64,000 nt of DNA from Deltaproteobacteria bacterium. GTDB lineage: Bacteria > Myxococcota > Kuafuiibacteriia > Kuafuiibacteriales > Kuafuiibacteriaceae. Each line of letters starts with the position of its first letter. The stretch's first letter is position 1. The notes under the pieces are model-generated. The model had not been told where the DNA came from. It saw nothing but the letters and a program-made list of their open reading frames with translations, and searched no databases. Location of the stretch: assembly GCA_040218735.1 (NCBI GenBank), contig JAVJQW010000067.1, forward strand, positions 192,001 through 256,000, in the 5' to 3' direction. The position numbers and the translations under genes were made by a program. Shown piece by piece: positions 1-11,129 of this stretch.

Positions 1-1
1 G

Positions 2-1255
2 GACTTCGAAAAGGACGTGAAGGCGGCGCTCGAGCGGTCGACGCCCGGGTTCCTCAAGACGGTCGGCTTGTCGAAGCCGAAGTCGGACGTGCCGGATAAC
101 CTGCCGCCGCAGCTTCGCGCGCAGATGCCGCCGCCGCCGCCGGACCTCACGCGGGCGGTCACCAAGCAGCTCTCGGAGACGTACACGGTCGAGACCGCGG
201 ACCTGACGACCGGCAAGGTCGACGGCGCGGTCGACGTCCTCGTCGTGTTCGCGCCGAAGGACTACGACGAAAAGCAGCGCTTCGCGATCGACCAGCAGCT
301 CATGAAGGGCGGCACGGTGATCGTGGTGGGCGGCAAGTTCGAGCTCGACACACACGGTGGGCAGAGCGTGAAGATCAACAAGATCACCACCGGCCTCGAA
401 GAGCAGCTCGCGAGCTACGGCGTGGAGCTCGGCGACGTCATGGTGATGGACCCGCAGAACGAGCCGTTTGCGATGCCGGTCGAGCGTGACCTCGGCGGGA
501 TGCGCGTGCGCGAGATCCAGTACCTGCCCTACCCGTTCTTCCCGAACGTGCGCTCCGACGGCATGGCGGACGACACGCCGGTCGTCGGTGGCCTCCCCGG
601 CGTGACGGTGCCGTGGGCTACGGCGCTGACGGTGAACGTGCCGGAGGCGAAGGAAGGTGAAGGCCCGTCGCGCGAGGCGACGGTGTTGCTGCAGTCCTCG
701 CCGGACGCGTGGACGACGTCGGACACCAACGTGCAGCCGGACTTCAAGACGTACCCCGAGGCGGGCTTCGCGGGTGCGCCGGGTGAGACGAAGCGTCACG
801 CCCTCGGTGTGCTGGTGACCGGTTCGTTCGAAAGCTTCTTCAAGGGCAAGAAGGACCCGACGGGCGGCGGCGCCGTGCTCGAGCAGTCGCCGGCGTCGGC
901 GCGGTTGGTGGTGATCGGCTCGTCGGCGTTTGCGAACGACGTGGCGATGAGCCTGTCGCGTCAGGCGGCTTCGAACCTGGAGCTGGTGCAGAACCTCGTG
1001 GACTGGGGTGTGGAGGACGTCGACCTGCTGTCGATTCGTTCGCGCGGGACGTTCGCGCGCACGCTCGCGCCGATCGACAAGGACACCCGGCTCACCTACG
1101 AGCTCGCGAACTACGGCGTCGCGACGGCGCTGCTGGCGCTGATCGTCGTGCTCGCCTACGGCCGGCGGCGGCGACTCACGCCGATCGACCTCGACACGAG
1201 CGCCAAGGACAAGGTCGCGTTCGCGGCCGCGGACAAGAGCGCGGTGGAGGCCTAG
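2..1255 (+). CDS. GldG-like / ABC-type uncharacterized transport system auxiliary component, 5'-truncated by window edge
   Basis: Frame is open from the window start. Contains 'DVLVVFAPK..AIDQQLMKGG', 'RLVVIGSSAF' and 'NLELVQNLVDW...LLSIRSR', then a C-terminal TM helix and RRRR. Followed by a DUF4340-like gene, as in Gld-like ABC operons. Confidence 0.8.
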   Translation, partial: DFEKDVKAALERSTPGFLKTVGLSKPKSDVPDNLPPQLRAQMPPPPPDLTRAVTKQLSETYTVETADLTTGKVDGAVDVLVVFAPKDYDEKQRFAIDQQLMKGGTVIVVGGKFELDTHGGQSVKINKITTGLEEQLASYGVELGDVMVMDPQNEPFAMPVERDLGGMRVREIQYLPYPFFPNVRSDGMADDTPVVGGLPGVTVPWATALTVNVPEAKEGEGPSREATVLLQSSPDAWTTSDTNVQPDFKTYPEAGFAGAPGETKRHALGVLVTGSFESFFKGKKDPTGGGAVLEQSPASARLVVIGSSAFANDVAMSLSRQAASNLELVQNLVDWGVEDVDLLSIRSRGTFARTLAPIDKDTRLTYELANYGVATALLALIVVLAYGRRRRLTPIDLDTSAKDKVAFAAADKSAVEA

Positions 1256-1257
1256 TC

Positions 1258-2244
1258 ATGACGAAGACGAACAAGATCCTCATCGCGGTGTTGGTGCTGC
1301 AGGTCGTCCTCATCATGGGGATGCGGTTCGGGGGTGAGTCGAACCTCGACTACACCGCCACGCGGGTCCTCCCGACCCTCGAGGCGGACGACGTCACGAG
1401 CCTCCAGATCGATGGTCCGCCGAAGACGGGTGACGGCCCTCCGCAGAACTCGGTGACGCTGACCAAGAAGAACGGCGCCTGGGGCGTGGCGAGCGCCGAC
1501 GACTTCCCGGTGGAGGCGACGAAGGTGAAGGAGCTGCTCGAGAAGCTCGAGAGCCTCACCTCGCGGACGCGGGTGCTCGACAGCGGCACCTACCACGAGA
1601 AGTTGGAGGTCGCGCCGGACAAGTTCCAGCGGAAGGTGACGCTCGACGCGAAGGGTACGAAGACCGTGCTCTACGTCGGCTCGTCGGCGAGCTTCAAGAA
1701 CGTGCACGTGCGCGTCGACGGGCAGGACGCCGTGTACCTCGTGAACGACTTCGCGACGACCGACGTCGGGGACCGCGCGTGGAACTGGGTCGACCGCGAC
1801 TACGTGAAGCTCGACAAGGCGAACGTGTGGCGCGTCGACGTGAAGAACGCGAAGGGCACGCTGACGCTGGAGAAGAACCCCGTCGACAACCTGTGGGCGG
1901 CGCTCGGGGTCACCGAGCCGCTCGACAAGACCAAGGTCGACGACCTCGTGCGGAAGGCGACTCAGATCGACATGGAGGCGCCGGTCTCGAAGGCCGCGAA
2001 GCCGGAGTTCGGGCTCGATTCGCCGCTCGCGACGGTGACGATGGTCACCGGGACGTCCACGATCGCCGGGACGCCGCCGCCGAAGACCGACTTCGTGACC
2101 GTGAAGGTCGGCAAGAAGATCGAGGCGGAGAGCGCCTACTACGTGAAGGCATCGACGTCCGAGTACGTGGTGAAGGTGCAGGCGTTCGGCGTCGAACCGC
2201 TCGTGAACCACACCAAGGACGACCTTCTGAAGAAGGAAGAGTAG
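1258..2244 (+). CDS. DUF4340-like membrane-anchored protein
   Basis: N-terminal TM anchor and two repeated modules ('W...FPVEATKVKELLEKLESL', 'EFGLDSP.ATVT'). Starts 2 bp after the GldG-like gene. Confidence 0.75.
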   Translation: MTKTNKILIAVLVLQVVLIMGMRFGGESNLDYTATRVLPTLEADDVTSLQIDGPPKTGDGPPQNSVTLTKKNGAWGVASADDFPVEATKVKELLEKLESLTSRTRVLDSGTYHEKLEVAPDKFQRKVTLDAKGTKTVLYVGSSASFKNVHVRVDGQDAVYLVNDFATTDVGDRAWNWVDRDYVKLDKANVWRVDVKNAKGTLTLEKNPVDNLWAALGVTEPLDKTKVDDLVRKATQIDMEAPVSKAAKPEFGLDSPLATVTMVTGTSTIAGTPPPKTDFVTVKVGKKIEAESAYYVKASTSEYVVKVQAFGVEPLVNHTKDDLLKKEE

Positions 2245-2254
2245 AATCGAGGGC

Positions 2255-3865
2255 GTGCTCCGTACGCCCTTCGTCCTCGCCGCCCTGCTGATCCCCGCGC
2301 AGGCCGCGGCGGTCGACTACGACGTCAACCCATCCAACTACCGCGACCGCCTCGGGCAGCTCGGCCCCGGCGACACCTTGCGCCTCGCGGCGGGCGACTA
2401 CCCCGGGCTGCCGATCAACGGCCTCGAAGGCGCGGCCGGGATGCCGATCGTCATCACCGGACCGGACACCGGCGCGCCGGCGGTGATCACCGGCGACCCG
2501 AACCGCAACACGGTGAGCATCCGCGACGCCGCGTACGTGACGCTGCGGAACTTCGAGATCGACAACGGCGGTCTCTTCGTCGACGGCGTGAAGGCCGAAG
2601 GTGACGCGTCGTTCGCGCACCACATCACGGTCGAGGGGTTGTACATCCACAACTTCGGCCCGAACCAACAGCTGGTCGGCATCAACACGAAGTGCCCGAC
2701 CTGGGACTGGGTCATCCGCGGGAACCTGATCGAGGGCGCGGGGACGGGCCTGTACCTCGGGAACTCGAACGGCGAGGAGCCGTTCGTGCGCGGGGTCGTC
2801 GAGTACAACGTGGTCGTGAACCCGATCGGCTACGACATGCAGATCAAACATCAGAACCCGCGCCCCACCCTCCAGGGCATGCCGACGGGCGACAGCGTGA
2901 CGATCATTCGCCACAACGTGTTCATGAAGTACGCGAACGCTTCGATGGGCGGCGACGCGCGACCGAACCTGCTCGTCGGGCACTGGCCGCTGTCGGGCGT
3001 GGGTGTGAACGACCGCTACGAGATCTACGGCAACTTCTTCTACGAGAACGCGAGCGGGTCGGAGGGGCTGTTCCAGGGCGAAGGCAACATCGCGTTCTAC
3101 GACAACGTCCTCGTGAACACGTTCGGTCACGGGGCGAGCTTCCAGGCGCAAAACGACGTGCCCAAGGCGATCGACGTCTTCTCCAACACCGTGGTCGTCG
3201 CGGGCACCGGCGTCGGGATCTTCGGCGCGGACGGGAGCTTCACGCAGACGGTGATGGGCAACGCGGTGTTCGGGAGCCAAGCATTCAACGGCGGCGGGCA
3301 GCGCACCGCCAACGTCACGGGCTCGGTCGGCGAAGCGGCCGGGATGCTCGTCGCGCCCAACGGCGCGCTCGGGACGCTGAACGTGTTCCCGAGCGGCGCA
3401 GGGCTGCGAACGTCGGGCATCGACCTGTCGCGCTTCTCCGCGATGACCGACTACGACCGCGACTTCGACGGACGCCCCCGCGACAGCTCGCAGGCCGGCG
3501 CGTACGGCACGGCGGGGAGCGCCGCCGGGTGGATGCTCGCCGAAGCGATCAAGCAGCTCGATCCAAACGTCATGCCCCCGCGCGACGGCGGCGTGGTGCC
3601 CATCGACGCCGGTTTCGACGACGCCGGCACCCCGATCGACGCGGGCTTCAGAGACGGCGGCCCCCCGCGCGACGCGGGACCGGTGGATCCGAACCGCGAC
3701 AGTGGGGTCCGCGACGGTGGCGAGGCGCCCGACGCGGCGCCCGTCGTCGGTACGCGCGGCACCAGCGGCGGGTGCGGGTGCTCCGCGGAGCGCGGTGGAT
3801 CCGGAGGCCTCGGGCTCGGCGTGTTCGCGCTCTTGGCGCTCCTTCGACGACGACGGGACCGTTGA
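2255..3865 (+). CDS. Secreted right-handed beta-helix protein with MYXO-CTERM-like tail
   Basis: Signal peptide, 'LGPGDTLRLAAGDY' start typical of parallel beta-helix proteins, repeated I..N strands, DAG/RDGG linker, then GGCGC-TM-RRRR. Confidence 0.75.
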   Translation: MLRTPFVLAALLIPAQAAAVDYDVNPSNYRDRLGQLGPGDTLRLAAGDYPGLPINGLEGAAGMPIVITGPDTGAPAVITGDPNRNTVSIRDAAYVTLRNFEIDNGGLFVDGVKAEGDASFAHHITVEGLYIHNFGPNQQLVGINTKCPTWDWVIRGNLIEGAGTGLYLGNSNGEEPFVRGVVEYNVVVNPIGYDMQIKHQNPRPTLQGMPTGDSVTIIRHNVFMKYANASMGGDARPNLLVGHWPLSGVGVNDRYEIYGNFFYENASGSEGLFQGEGNIAFYDNVLVNTFGHGASFQAQNDVPKAIDVFSNTVVVAGTGVGIFGADGSFTQTVMGNAVFGSQAFNGGGQRTANVTGSVGEAAGMLVAPNGALGTLNVFPSGAGLRTSGIDLSRFSAMTDYDRDFDGRPRDSSQAGAYGTAGSAAGWMLAEAIKQLDPNVMPPRDGGVVPIDAGFDDAGTPIDAGFRDGGPPRDAGPVDPNRDSGVRDGGEAPDAAPVVGTRGTSGGCGCSAERGGSGGLGLGVFALLALLRRRRDR

Positions 3866-4632
3866 TGACCGCTTCCACCGGTCTCTTCGTCTTCCTGGCG
3901 GTCGCAGGCCTCGTCCGCGACGGCGGCCCCGAGAACTGCCCGCGCTTCGACGCGCGCAACCTCGTGCTCCTCCCGCCCGCCGACGCCCGCGCGATCCCGC
4001 TCAATGCTTCGATCTGGGTCCTCGAGAACCCATCGCGATCGGGCCTACCGGTCCGGCTCGCCGACGAGACCTCGAGCGTCGCCGTCGACCTCGACGTGAC
4101 GACCCACGCGACGCTCCTCGGGACGGTCCTTCAGCTCACGCCCACGCAGGAGCTCGAACCCGAGCACGACTACCGCATCGACAACAACGGGGAGCGGCAG
4201 TGGTTCGTCGCCGGCGATCGCCGCGACACGACGCCGCCCACACCACCGACGAACATCCGCTACGCGTTCGGCTACCGCCCCTGCGAGGGGCCCGGCACGG
4301 TCGTGACGTTCGACCCGTCGGAGTCGAATTCGATCACCTTCTCCGAGTACCCCGATGGTGTGCGGCCGAGCTTCGGGGAGCGCAGCACCCCCCTCCTCGT
4401 CCCGAGGTACCCCGAGGAGAACTTCGAGTTCACACTCGTGACCTACGACATCGTGGGACAGCGGAGCGCGTCGTCCGAGGTGATTCGCACCGAGCAGGTC
4501 GTCGTGCCGATGCCGTCCGACGGCTGCACCTGCACGGCCAGCCGCGACGAAACCAACGCGCCCGCGTGGCTCCTCGTGGTCTTGGTGATCACGGCCCTGC
4601 GTAGGACCAGCCGTCGCCCTCGACGTCGATGA
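3865..4632 (+). CDS. Secreted Ig-like protein with MYXO-CTERM-like tail
   Basis: ATG overlaps the previous stop (TGATG). Contains 'P.NASIWV', 'LTPTQELEPEHDY' and 'DTTPPTPP', then GCTC-TM-RR. It is the 3' part of the 2692..4632 track ORF. Confidence 0.6.
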   Translation: MTASTGLFVFLAVAGLVRDGGPENCPRFDARNLVLLPPADARAIPLNASIWVLENPSRSGLPVRLADETSSVAVDLDVTTHATLLGTVLQLTPTQELEPEHDYRIDNNGERQWFVAGDRRDTTPPTPPTNIRYAFGYRPCEGPGTVVTFDPSESNSITFSEYPDGVRPSFGERSTPLLVPRYPEENFEFTLVTYDIVGQRSASSEVIRTEQVVVPMPSDGCTCTASRDETNAPAWLLVVLVITALRRTSRRPRRR

Positions 4633-7024
4633 GGATCGGGTTCACCGTCGCCTTCGTCTCGGAGAGGATCGGCGGGCTCGAGCCGCCGCTCACCTCGACC
4701 ACGTAGTGGGAGTCGACGGTCGGTGTCGCCGTCACTGTTCCACTGAAGCGAATCGCCGGACGCATCGTGTCGCGGTCCGCCTCGGTGATCGGTCGGGTCA
4801 CGAGCGGCGCGCCGTTTTCGTAGACGGTGAGCGTCGCGACGTCCATCCAGTCGGGCGCCTCGACGTGGATGTCGATGCCGATCGGCCCCGAAGCCACGAC
4901 CGTCTCGCCCGCGCCGCTGCCCTGGACCTCGGCGACGACGAACGGGCCGTACGAAGCGACCGCGTGGCCCGCCTTCAGCTGCTCCCAGACGTTGGTCACG
5001 TCCCCGCGGACGTAGGTCCGACCGTACCCGACGCCGAAGTCACCGTGCACGTCGGAGGTCCCCACGGCGGTGACGCGTTTACCGGTCTCGAGCAGGACGA
5101 ACACGTCCTGGAGCACCTCGGCGTACTCGTCGACGCGTTTGCCGTTCAGCAGCTCCACCGCGTCCGGGTTCGGCCACGGGCGTTCGGTGGCGCCCGTCGC
5201 GTCGAGGCCGAGGTAACCGAAGACACCGCCGCTGGAGCGCGGGTGGTTGACCTGCACGATCGTCGCGCCGCCCATCCGAAGCTCCTGCGCGACCTCGGCC
5301 GGATCGCGCACGCGGTCGAAGCGCCCGTCGCCACTGTAGATGAACCAGCCCGGGTTCCAGTGGTCCTGCGGGACCGACGCCATCAACGGGTAGCCGTTCA
5401 TATGCCCGTAGAGCATCGACATCTCGATCCCCGGCACCGGCATCACGACCCCCTCCAACCCCAAGGCCGCGACGGTGGGGGCGTAGTCGGTGACCGCGTC
5501 GTGGTCGGTGGCGACGAGGACGTCGACGCCCTCCGCCGCCGCGCCGAGGACACGCTGCTCGCGCGAGACCTCGCTGTCGGAGCTGCGCGTCCCGTGCACG
5601 TGCATGTCCGCCGAGACCCAGCCGGAGGTGTCGACGGAGCGCTGCACGCGCGCTTCGACCTCCGCCGTCATCCCGCGCTCCACCGTGACGTCGGCGAAGA
5701 ACAGATCGTGTGTCGGCCCTCGTGATGCGATGACCGTGTAGTCGCCCACCGCGAGCGGGACGGTGACCTCGGCCGGCACGTAGTTTTGGTAGACCGCGCC
5801 GGAGGTCGCCCGCGCGCCGTGGCCACTCGCGATGCGAAGGCGAATGGGCGTGGGGCCTTCGTCGCCGCCGTCGAGCCCCAGCGAACGCGCGCTCACCTTC
5901 ACGGACCCGAGCGCCTGCACCGTGTGGGTGAGCGCGTGGGGGCCGGGGCCGTCCGGGATCGTCAGCTCGAAGTTGTCGACGATCCGCCCGGCGATCGACA
6001 GCTCCGCGTCGTAGGTGAACGGGCGCGCGGTGAACACGAGCGGGCCGCCGTCGCCGTTCACGCTCGTCACCGCGCGGTCGTTCGCCATCAGGAGCAGGCT
6101 CGGCTTCACGAGGGGTACGTCGGCCGTCAGCTCCAGCGAGACCTGCACCGGGTCGTTCCCGCCGAAGCCGCTCTCCTCCTGCGGCACCTCTTCGAGCGCG
6201 CTGCTGAGGTCGCCGCGGTCGCCGAGGCTGAGGAAGTAGCGCTCCTGGATCGTCGCGTTCGCGAGGAAGTCCACCGGGTCGGGCGCGATAGGCAGGATGC
6301 CGAGCTCGTCGAGGATGACGTTCACGGGCTCGCCGGCCGGGCGGTGGAGCGTGTAACTCGTCGTCGCGTCCGGCGAGAACGCGGCGAGGTACTGGTTCTC
6401 ACCGCCGACCCCGGAGCCGATCGCACGGTTCGGCGACACGAGGGTGTACGCGTCGCCCGGGAGCAGTACGACGCCGCACTGGATCTCACGCGCGCGGGTC
6501 TTTCGTTCATCCTTCACCTTCAGGTCGATCTCCAACGTCCGGCCCGTCGGGGGGAGAATCAGATCCACCGTCATCGTGATCTGCAGCGGGTCGCGCGGCA
6601 GCAGCGCGTCGAGGAACGGCAACCCCGCGTCCGCGCCGACCAGCCGCAGGATCCCCGGCGTGCCCCCCGCGCCGTCGCTGACGATCTCCGCGCGCTCGGG
6701 CGCGAAGCCGCGCAGGTCACACTGGATGAACAGCTCCTCGAGGAGATCGTTCTCACCCTCCGCGTGGGTGGAGATGTCGACGAGGCTCCCGCCGTAAAGG
6801 CCCCACCCCGTCGACGAGCCCGGCTCCTGCACGACGAAGCGCACCTCGCCGTTGTCGAGCACGTAGTCGCCCACGCGCCCGGTCGCCTCGACGCCCGTCA
6901 CGAGCTGCGAAGGTTCGGTGATGCGCTGGACGAGGTTCCCCGGCGCGACGTCGTCGCTGCACCCACCGCAACCGGAGAGCAGGCCGAGCGTAGCGGCGAG
7001 CGCCGTCGAGCGAAGACGGATCAT
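4589..7024 (-). CDS. Lipoprotein with C-terminal PHP-type metallohydrolase (CehA/McbA-like)
   Basis: Lipobox LSGC and PHP metal motifs DMHVH, TDHD, GIE, GHMN, VNHP, GTSDVH. Confidence 0.75.
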   Translation of the reverse strand: MIRLRSTALAATLGLLSGCGGCSDDVAPGNLVQRITEPSQLVTGVEATGRVGDYVLDNGEVRFVVQEPGSSTGWGLYGGSLVDISTHAEGENDLLEELFIQCDLRGFAPERAEIVSDGAGGTPGILRLVGADAGLPFLDALLPRDPLQITMTVDLILPPTGRTLEIDLKVKDERKTRAREIQCGVVLLPGDAYTLVSPNRAIGSGVGGENQYLAAFSPDATTSYTLHRPAGEPVNVILDELGILPIAPDPVDFLANATIQERYFLSLGDRGDLSSALEEVPQEESGFGGNDPVQVSLELTADVPLVKPSLLLMANDRAVTSVNGDGGPLVFTARPFTYDAELSIAGRIVDNFELTIPDGPGPHALTHTVQALGSVKVSARSLGLDGGDEGPTPIRLRIASGHGARATSGAVYQNYVPAEVTVPLAVGDYTVIASRGPTHDLFFADVTVERGMTAEVEARVQRSVDTSGWVSADMHVHGTRSSDSEVSREQRVLGAAAEGVDVLVATDHDAVTDYAPTVAALGLEGVVMPVPGIEMSMLYGHMNGYPLMASVPQDHWNPGWFIYSGDGRFDRVRDPAEVAQELRMGGATIVQVNHPRSSGGVFGYLGLDATGATERPWPNPDAVELLNGKRVDEYAEVLQDVFVLLETGKRVTAVGTSDVHGDFGVGYGRTYVRGDVTNVWEQLKAGHAVASYGPFVVAEVQGSGAGETVVASGPIGIDIHVEAPDWMDVATLTVYENGAPLVTRPITEADRDTMRPAIRFSGTVTATPTVDSHYVVEVSGGSSPPILSETKATVNPILIDVEGDGWSYAGP

Positions 7025-7086
7025 CCGTGCAGGTTAGCAGCCTCGCGGTCCAGGCGACGTCGGACGAACGGCGCCCAGTCCGGCGC

Positions 7087-8388
<1,302 letters not shown>

Positions 8389-8415
8389 TCAGTCAAGGTG
8401 CGTCGAGGTTACGCG

Positions 8416-8450
8416 TCGATGCCTACAGATCGATGCCTACAGATCGATGC
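8416..8450. repeat. 14-bp tandem duplication (TCGATGCCTACAGA x2.5)
   Basis: Read directly from the sequence. It spans the stop codon of the 69-aa ORF. Confidence 0.85.
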
Positions 8451-8646
8451 GTATGGTGTCGGGCGCGGCGCCGTCGTCGTCGTGTTCGTCGCGCGTGGGA
8501 TCGGTGGGCACCTCGACGTCCGTATCCGGACCGGCCGGCGGCCAACCGGGGATGTCGATCTGCAAGCGGGGCCGCTCGGCGTCCTCACGGATCCGCCGGG
8601 CCTCATCGCGTTTCTTGATCTCCTCGATGATGTACGCGTCGAGCAC
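8437..8646 (-). CDS. Small hypothetical protein (69 aa)
   Basis: Fills the glpX-eno gap on the same strand. GTG start, protein-like composition (MLDAYIIEEIKKR...IRIDL) and GC3-rich codons. Confidence 0.7.
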   Translation of the reverse strand: MLDAYIIEEIKKRDEARRIREDAERPRLQIDIPGWPPAGPDTDVEVPTDPTRDEHDDDGAAPDTIRIDL

Positions 8647-8715
8647 GGGTTACGGTTTTCATGTTCCGTGCGTCGGCCGGACAACGCAAGTTTGGGGATC
8701 CCCCTCAAGGCGACA

Positions 8716-9711
8716 TCACGGCAACAAGTCACCGTAATCCGGCTTCCTATCGAAGCGGTGCTCCGCTTCGATGAGCCGGACGGTCATCGTCTTGCTGCGC
8801 ATGACGACGGAGTGTGTGTGGGCACCGCCGCGACGAAAACGCACGCCGCGCAGGAAGTCTCCGTCGGTGATCCCGGTGGCGGCGAACAGGACGTCGCCGC
8901 TCGCGAGCTCCTCGAGCGTGAGGATCTTGTCGACGTCGTCGATCCCCATGCGCTTCGCGCGCTGGATCTCCTCGTTGTTGCGCGGCCGAAGTTGCGCGAG
9001 CATGTCGCCACCGACGCACCGTAACGCCGCCGCGGACACGACCCCCTCCGGGGCGCCACCGACGCCGATCAACATGTCGATCCCCGCGTCCTCGTTGCAG
9101 GTCGCGATCGCCGCGGAGACGTCGCCGTCGGTGATCAGCTTGATGCGCGCGCCGGCCTCCCGGACCTCGCGGATCAGCTGCTCGTGTCGGGGGCGGTCGA
9201 GGATCACCACCGTGAGGTCTTCGACGTAGACGCCCTTCGCGTCGGCGACCGACTGCAGGTTCCAGGTCGCCGACTCGTTCATGTCGATCGCGCCCTTCCC
9301 GCCCGGGCCGACCGCGATCTTGTACATGTACGTGTCGGGCGCGTGCAGGAAGCGGCCGTCGCGCGCCATGGCGATGACACTCATCGCGTTGGGCAAACCG
9401 AGCGCGCACAGGCGGGTGCCTTCGAGCGGGTCGAGCGCGACGTCCGTGTGCGGATCGTCTTTGCCCCAGCGGCCGACCTTCTCGCCGATGTAGAGCATCG
9501 GCGCTTCGTCCTTTTCACCTTCGCCGATGACGACGGTGCCGCGGATGTCGAGGCCCTTGAAGGCTCGACGCATCGCGGACACCGCGGCTTCGTCGGCGCG
9601 GTGGAGATCGCCCTTCCCCATCGCACGGGCGGCGGAGAGCGCAGCGGCTTCCGTGACGCGGACGGCATCGAGGGCGAGGTTTCGTTCCATGCTACTGGCC
9701 TTGGACGTCAT
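8716..9711 (-). CDS. glpX: Fructose-1,6-bisphosphatase class II
   Basis: VRVTEAAAL, VVIGEGEKDEAPMLYIGE, DPLEGT, GGAPEGV, FAATGITDG. The start may be the downstream ATG at 9690 (MERN). Confidence 0.97.
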   Translation of the reverse strand: MTSKASSMERNLALDAVRVTEAAALSAARAMGKGDLHRADEAAVSAMRRAFKGLDIRGTVVIGEGEKDEAPMLYIGEKVGRWGKDDPHTDVALDPLEGTRLCALGLPNAMSVIAMARDGRFLHAPDTYMYKIAVGPGGKGAIDMNESATWNLQSVADAKGVYVEDLTVVILDRPRHEQLIREVREAGARIKLITDGDVSAAIATCNEDAGIDMLIGVGGAPEGVVSAAALRCVGGDMLAQLRPRNNEEIQRAKRMGIDDVDKILTLEELASGDVLFAATGITDGDFLRGVRFRRGGAHTHSVVMRSKTMTVRLIEAEHRFDRKPDYGDLLP

Positions 9712-10117
9712 TTTCGTCGTCGGGCTCCAGCTTCGAGCGGAAGTCGTCCGGGATCCGAACGACGCGCCCGCTGGGCCCTACGCACGCATGCATCGTCTCC
9801 CCCGTGGCGATGAGCGTGTCGTCGCTTTCTCGGACCAGACGATACGTGATGCGCAGACTTCCGTAACGAACTTCTGCAATCTCGATCGTGAGAGCGAGGG
9901 GATCATCGTACTTCGACGGGGCGTGGTACTTCGCGGACGCCGACGCGACGGGCAACCCATACCCTCGGTCCTCGAACATCCTGTATTCGAAGCCTGCCGC
10001 GCGGAGGAACTCCGTGCGCCCCGCCTCGAAGAAGCGGAAGTAGTTCGCGTAGTAGACGACGCCCATCATGTCGGTGTCGCCGTAGATGGGGCGGAAGCGG
10101 TGAACGTGTCGGCGCAT
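9692..10117 (-). CDS. Acyl-CoA thioesterase (YbgC/FadM hot-dog family)
   Basis: YGDTDMMGVVYYANYFRFFEAGR motif. Start trimmed to the ATG of MRRHV. Confidence 0.9.
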   Translation of the reverse strand: MRRHVHRFRPIYGDTDMMGVVYYANYFRFFEAGRTEFLRAAGFEYRMFEDRGYGLPVASASAKYHAPSKYDDPLALTIEIAEVRYGSLRITYRLVRESDDTLIATGETMHACVGPSGRVVRIPDDFRSKLEPDDENDVQGQ

Positions 10118-10130
10118 GGTGCGGACGGCG

Positions 10131-10610
10131 TCACGCGTACAAGCGCGCGGCGCAGTTGAGGCAGTTCGAGCGATCGGCCGGGTTCGAGATACCACACTCG
10201 CTGCAGCGCTGCGTGTCCGTATCGTCCACGACCTCGGCCTTCTTGGTCCGCGGCCTCAGGCGAAATCCGCACCCGTCGCACACGGCCGGCATGGGCCGGG
10301 GTTGCTGCGCGCGGCACCGCGGGCACGCCGTCAGCTGGCGCACCGCCGTCGGCGTCGGGGCCGACTCGGGCGCGAGCGCCGTCGACTCGAAGCCGGGGAG
10401 GCTCGGTCCGTCGTCCTCGCCCGGGACCTCGACGAGCGACCCCGGATCGAGCACCTCGACCAACGCGTCCGCGGGCAGCTCCATGGGCGGCGGCGCCTGC
10501 GCCGGGGCGGCGCCGGCCGAACCCCGCGTCCCGGTCACGATGCGAAAGCCACAGGCTCGGCACTGGCCGGCCTGAAAGGCGACTTGCTGACACGCGGGGC
10601 ACGGGACCAC
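10131..10610 (-). CDS. Multi-zinc-ribbon protein
   Basis: Three CxxC...CxxC pairs (CPAC/CRAC, CPRC/CDGC, CSEC/CLNC) joined by acidic, Pro-rich linkers. Confidence 0.7.
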   Translation of the reverse strand: MVPCPACQQVAFQAGQCRACGFRIVTGTRGSAGAAPAQAPPPMELPADALVEVLDPGSLVEVPGEDDGPSLPGFESTALAPESAPTPTAVRQLTACPRCRAQQPRPMPAVCDGCGFRLRPRTKKAEVVDDTDTQRCSECGISNPADRSNCLNCAARLYA

Positions 10611-10643
10611 GACGCAGATCCTAGCTCAAAACCCGGCGGACGA

Positions 10644-11129
10644 TCAGGGCCGCAGCATCGACACTTGGCTGACGCGGTAGCGCATCGCCTCGGTCCGCAC
10701 GAGCGTCAGCCGAACCTTGCGCCCTTCGCGACCGGCGAGCGGTAGCAAGTCCGTCTCGGGGAGCGCGACGTATTCGACGTAGTAGTGGTCCTCGCAGATC
10801 ACGTCGCTCTTGATGCGATCCGGCGGTACGTCCTGGACGCCGCGCGCCTTGAGGGCCTCGATCCGATCCGCGTCGACCGGCTGCCGGATCATGATCATGC
10901 CGTCCTGGACGGATACCAAGAACCCCTCCGCAAAACGCTCCGCCAGCGCGACCTGGACGGGATCACCGCGACGGACGGGGCGCTGCGCGCCGAGGCGCAC
11001 CGCATCGAACTTCGCCCGCACCGTCGGCGGCGCTTCGAAGCGCGGCCGGTAGTCGAGCTCCGGCTCGGCGGCGGCGTTGGACGCCAAGAGCAGCGCGAGC
11101 GCGCCGAGTCCCCACGTGACCTTGTTCAT
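10644..11129 (-). CDS. Secreted hypothetical protein coupled to pilY1
   Basis: MNKVTWGLGALALLLASNAAA signal peptide. GGAGG RBS and an ATGA overlap with the pilY1 stop. Confidence 0.7.
   Translation of the reverse strand: MNKVTWGLGALALLLASNAAAEPELDYRPRFEAPPTVRAKFDAVRLGAQRPVRRGDPVQVALAERFAEGFLVSVQDGMIMIRQPVDADRIEALKARGVQDVPPDRIKSDVICEDHYYVEYVALPETDLLPLAGREGRKVRLTLVRTEAMRYRVSQVSMLRP

Noticed and set aside
4589-4632. 44-bp convergent overlap between two genes
   Set aside because: Short 3' overlaps are common in GC-rich genomes, and there is no further sign of function.
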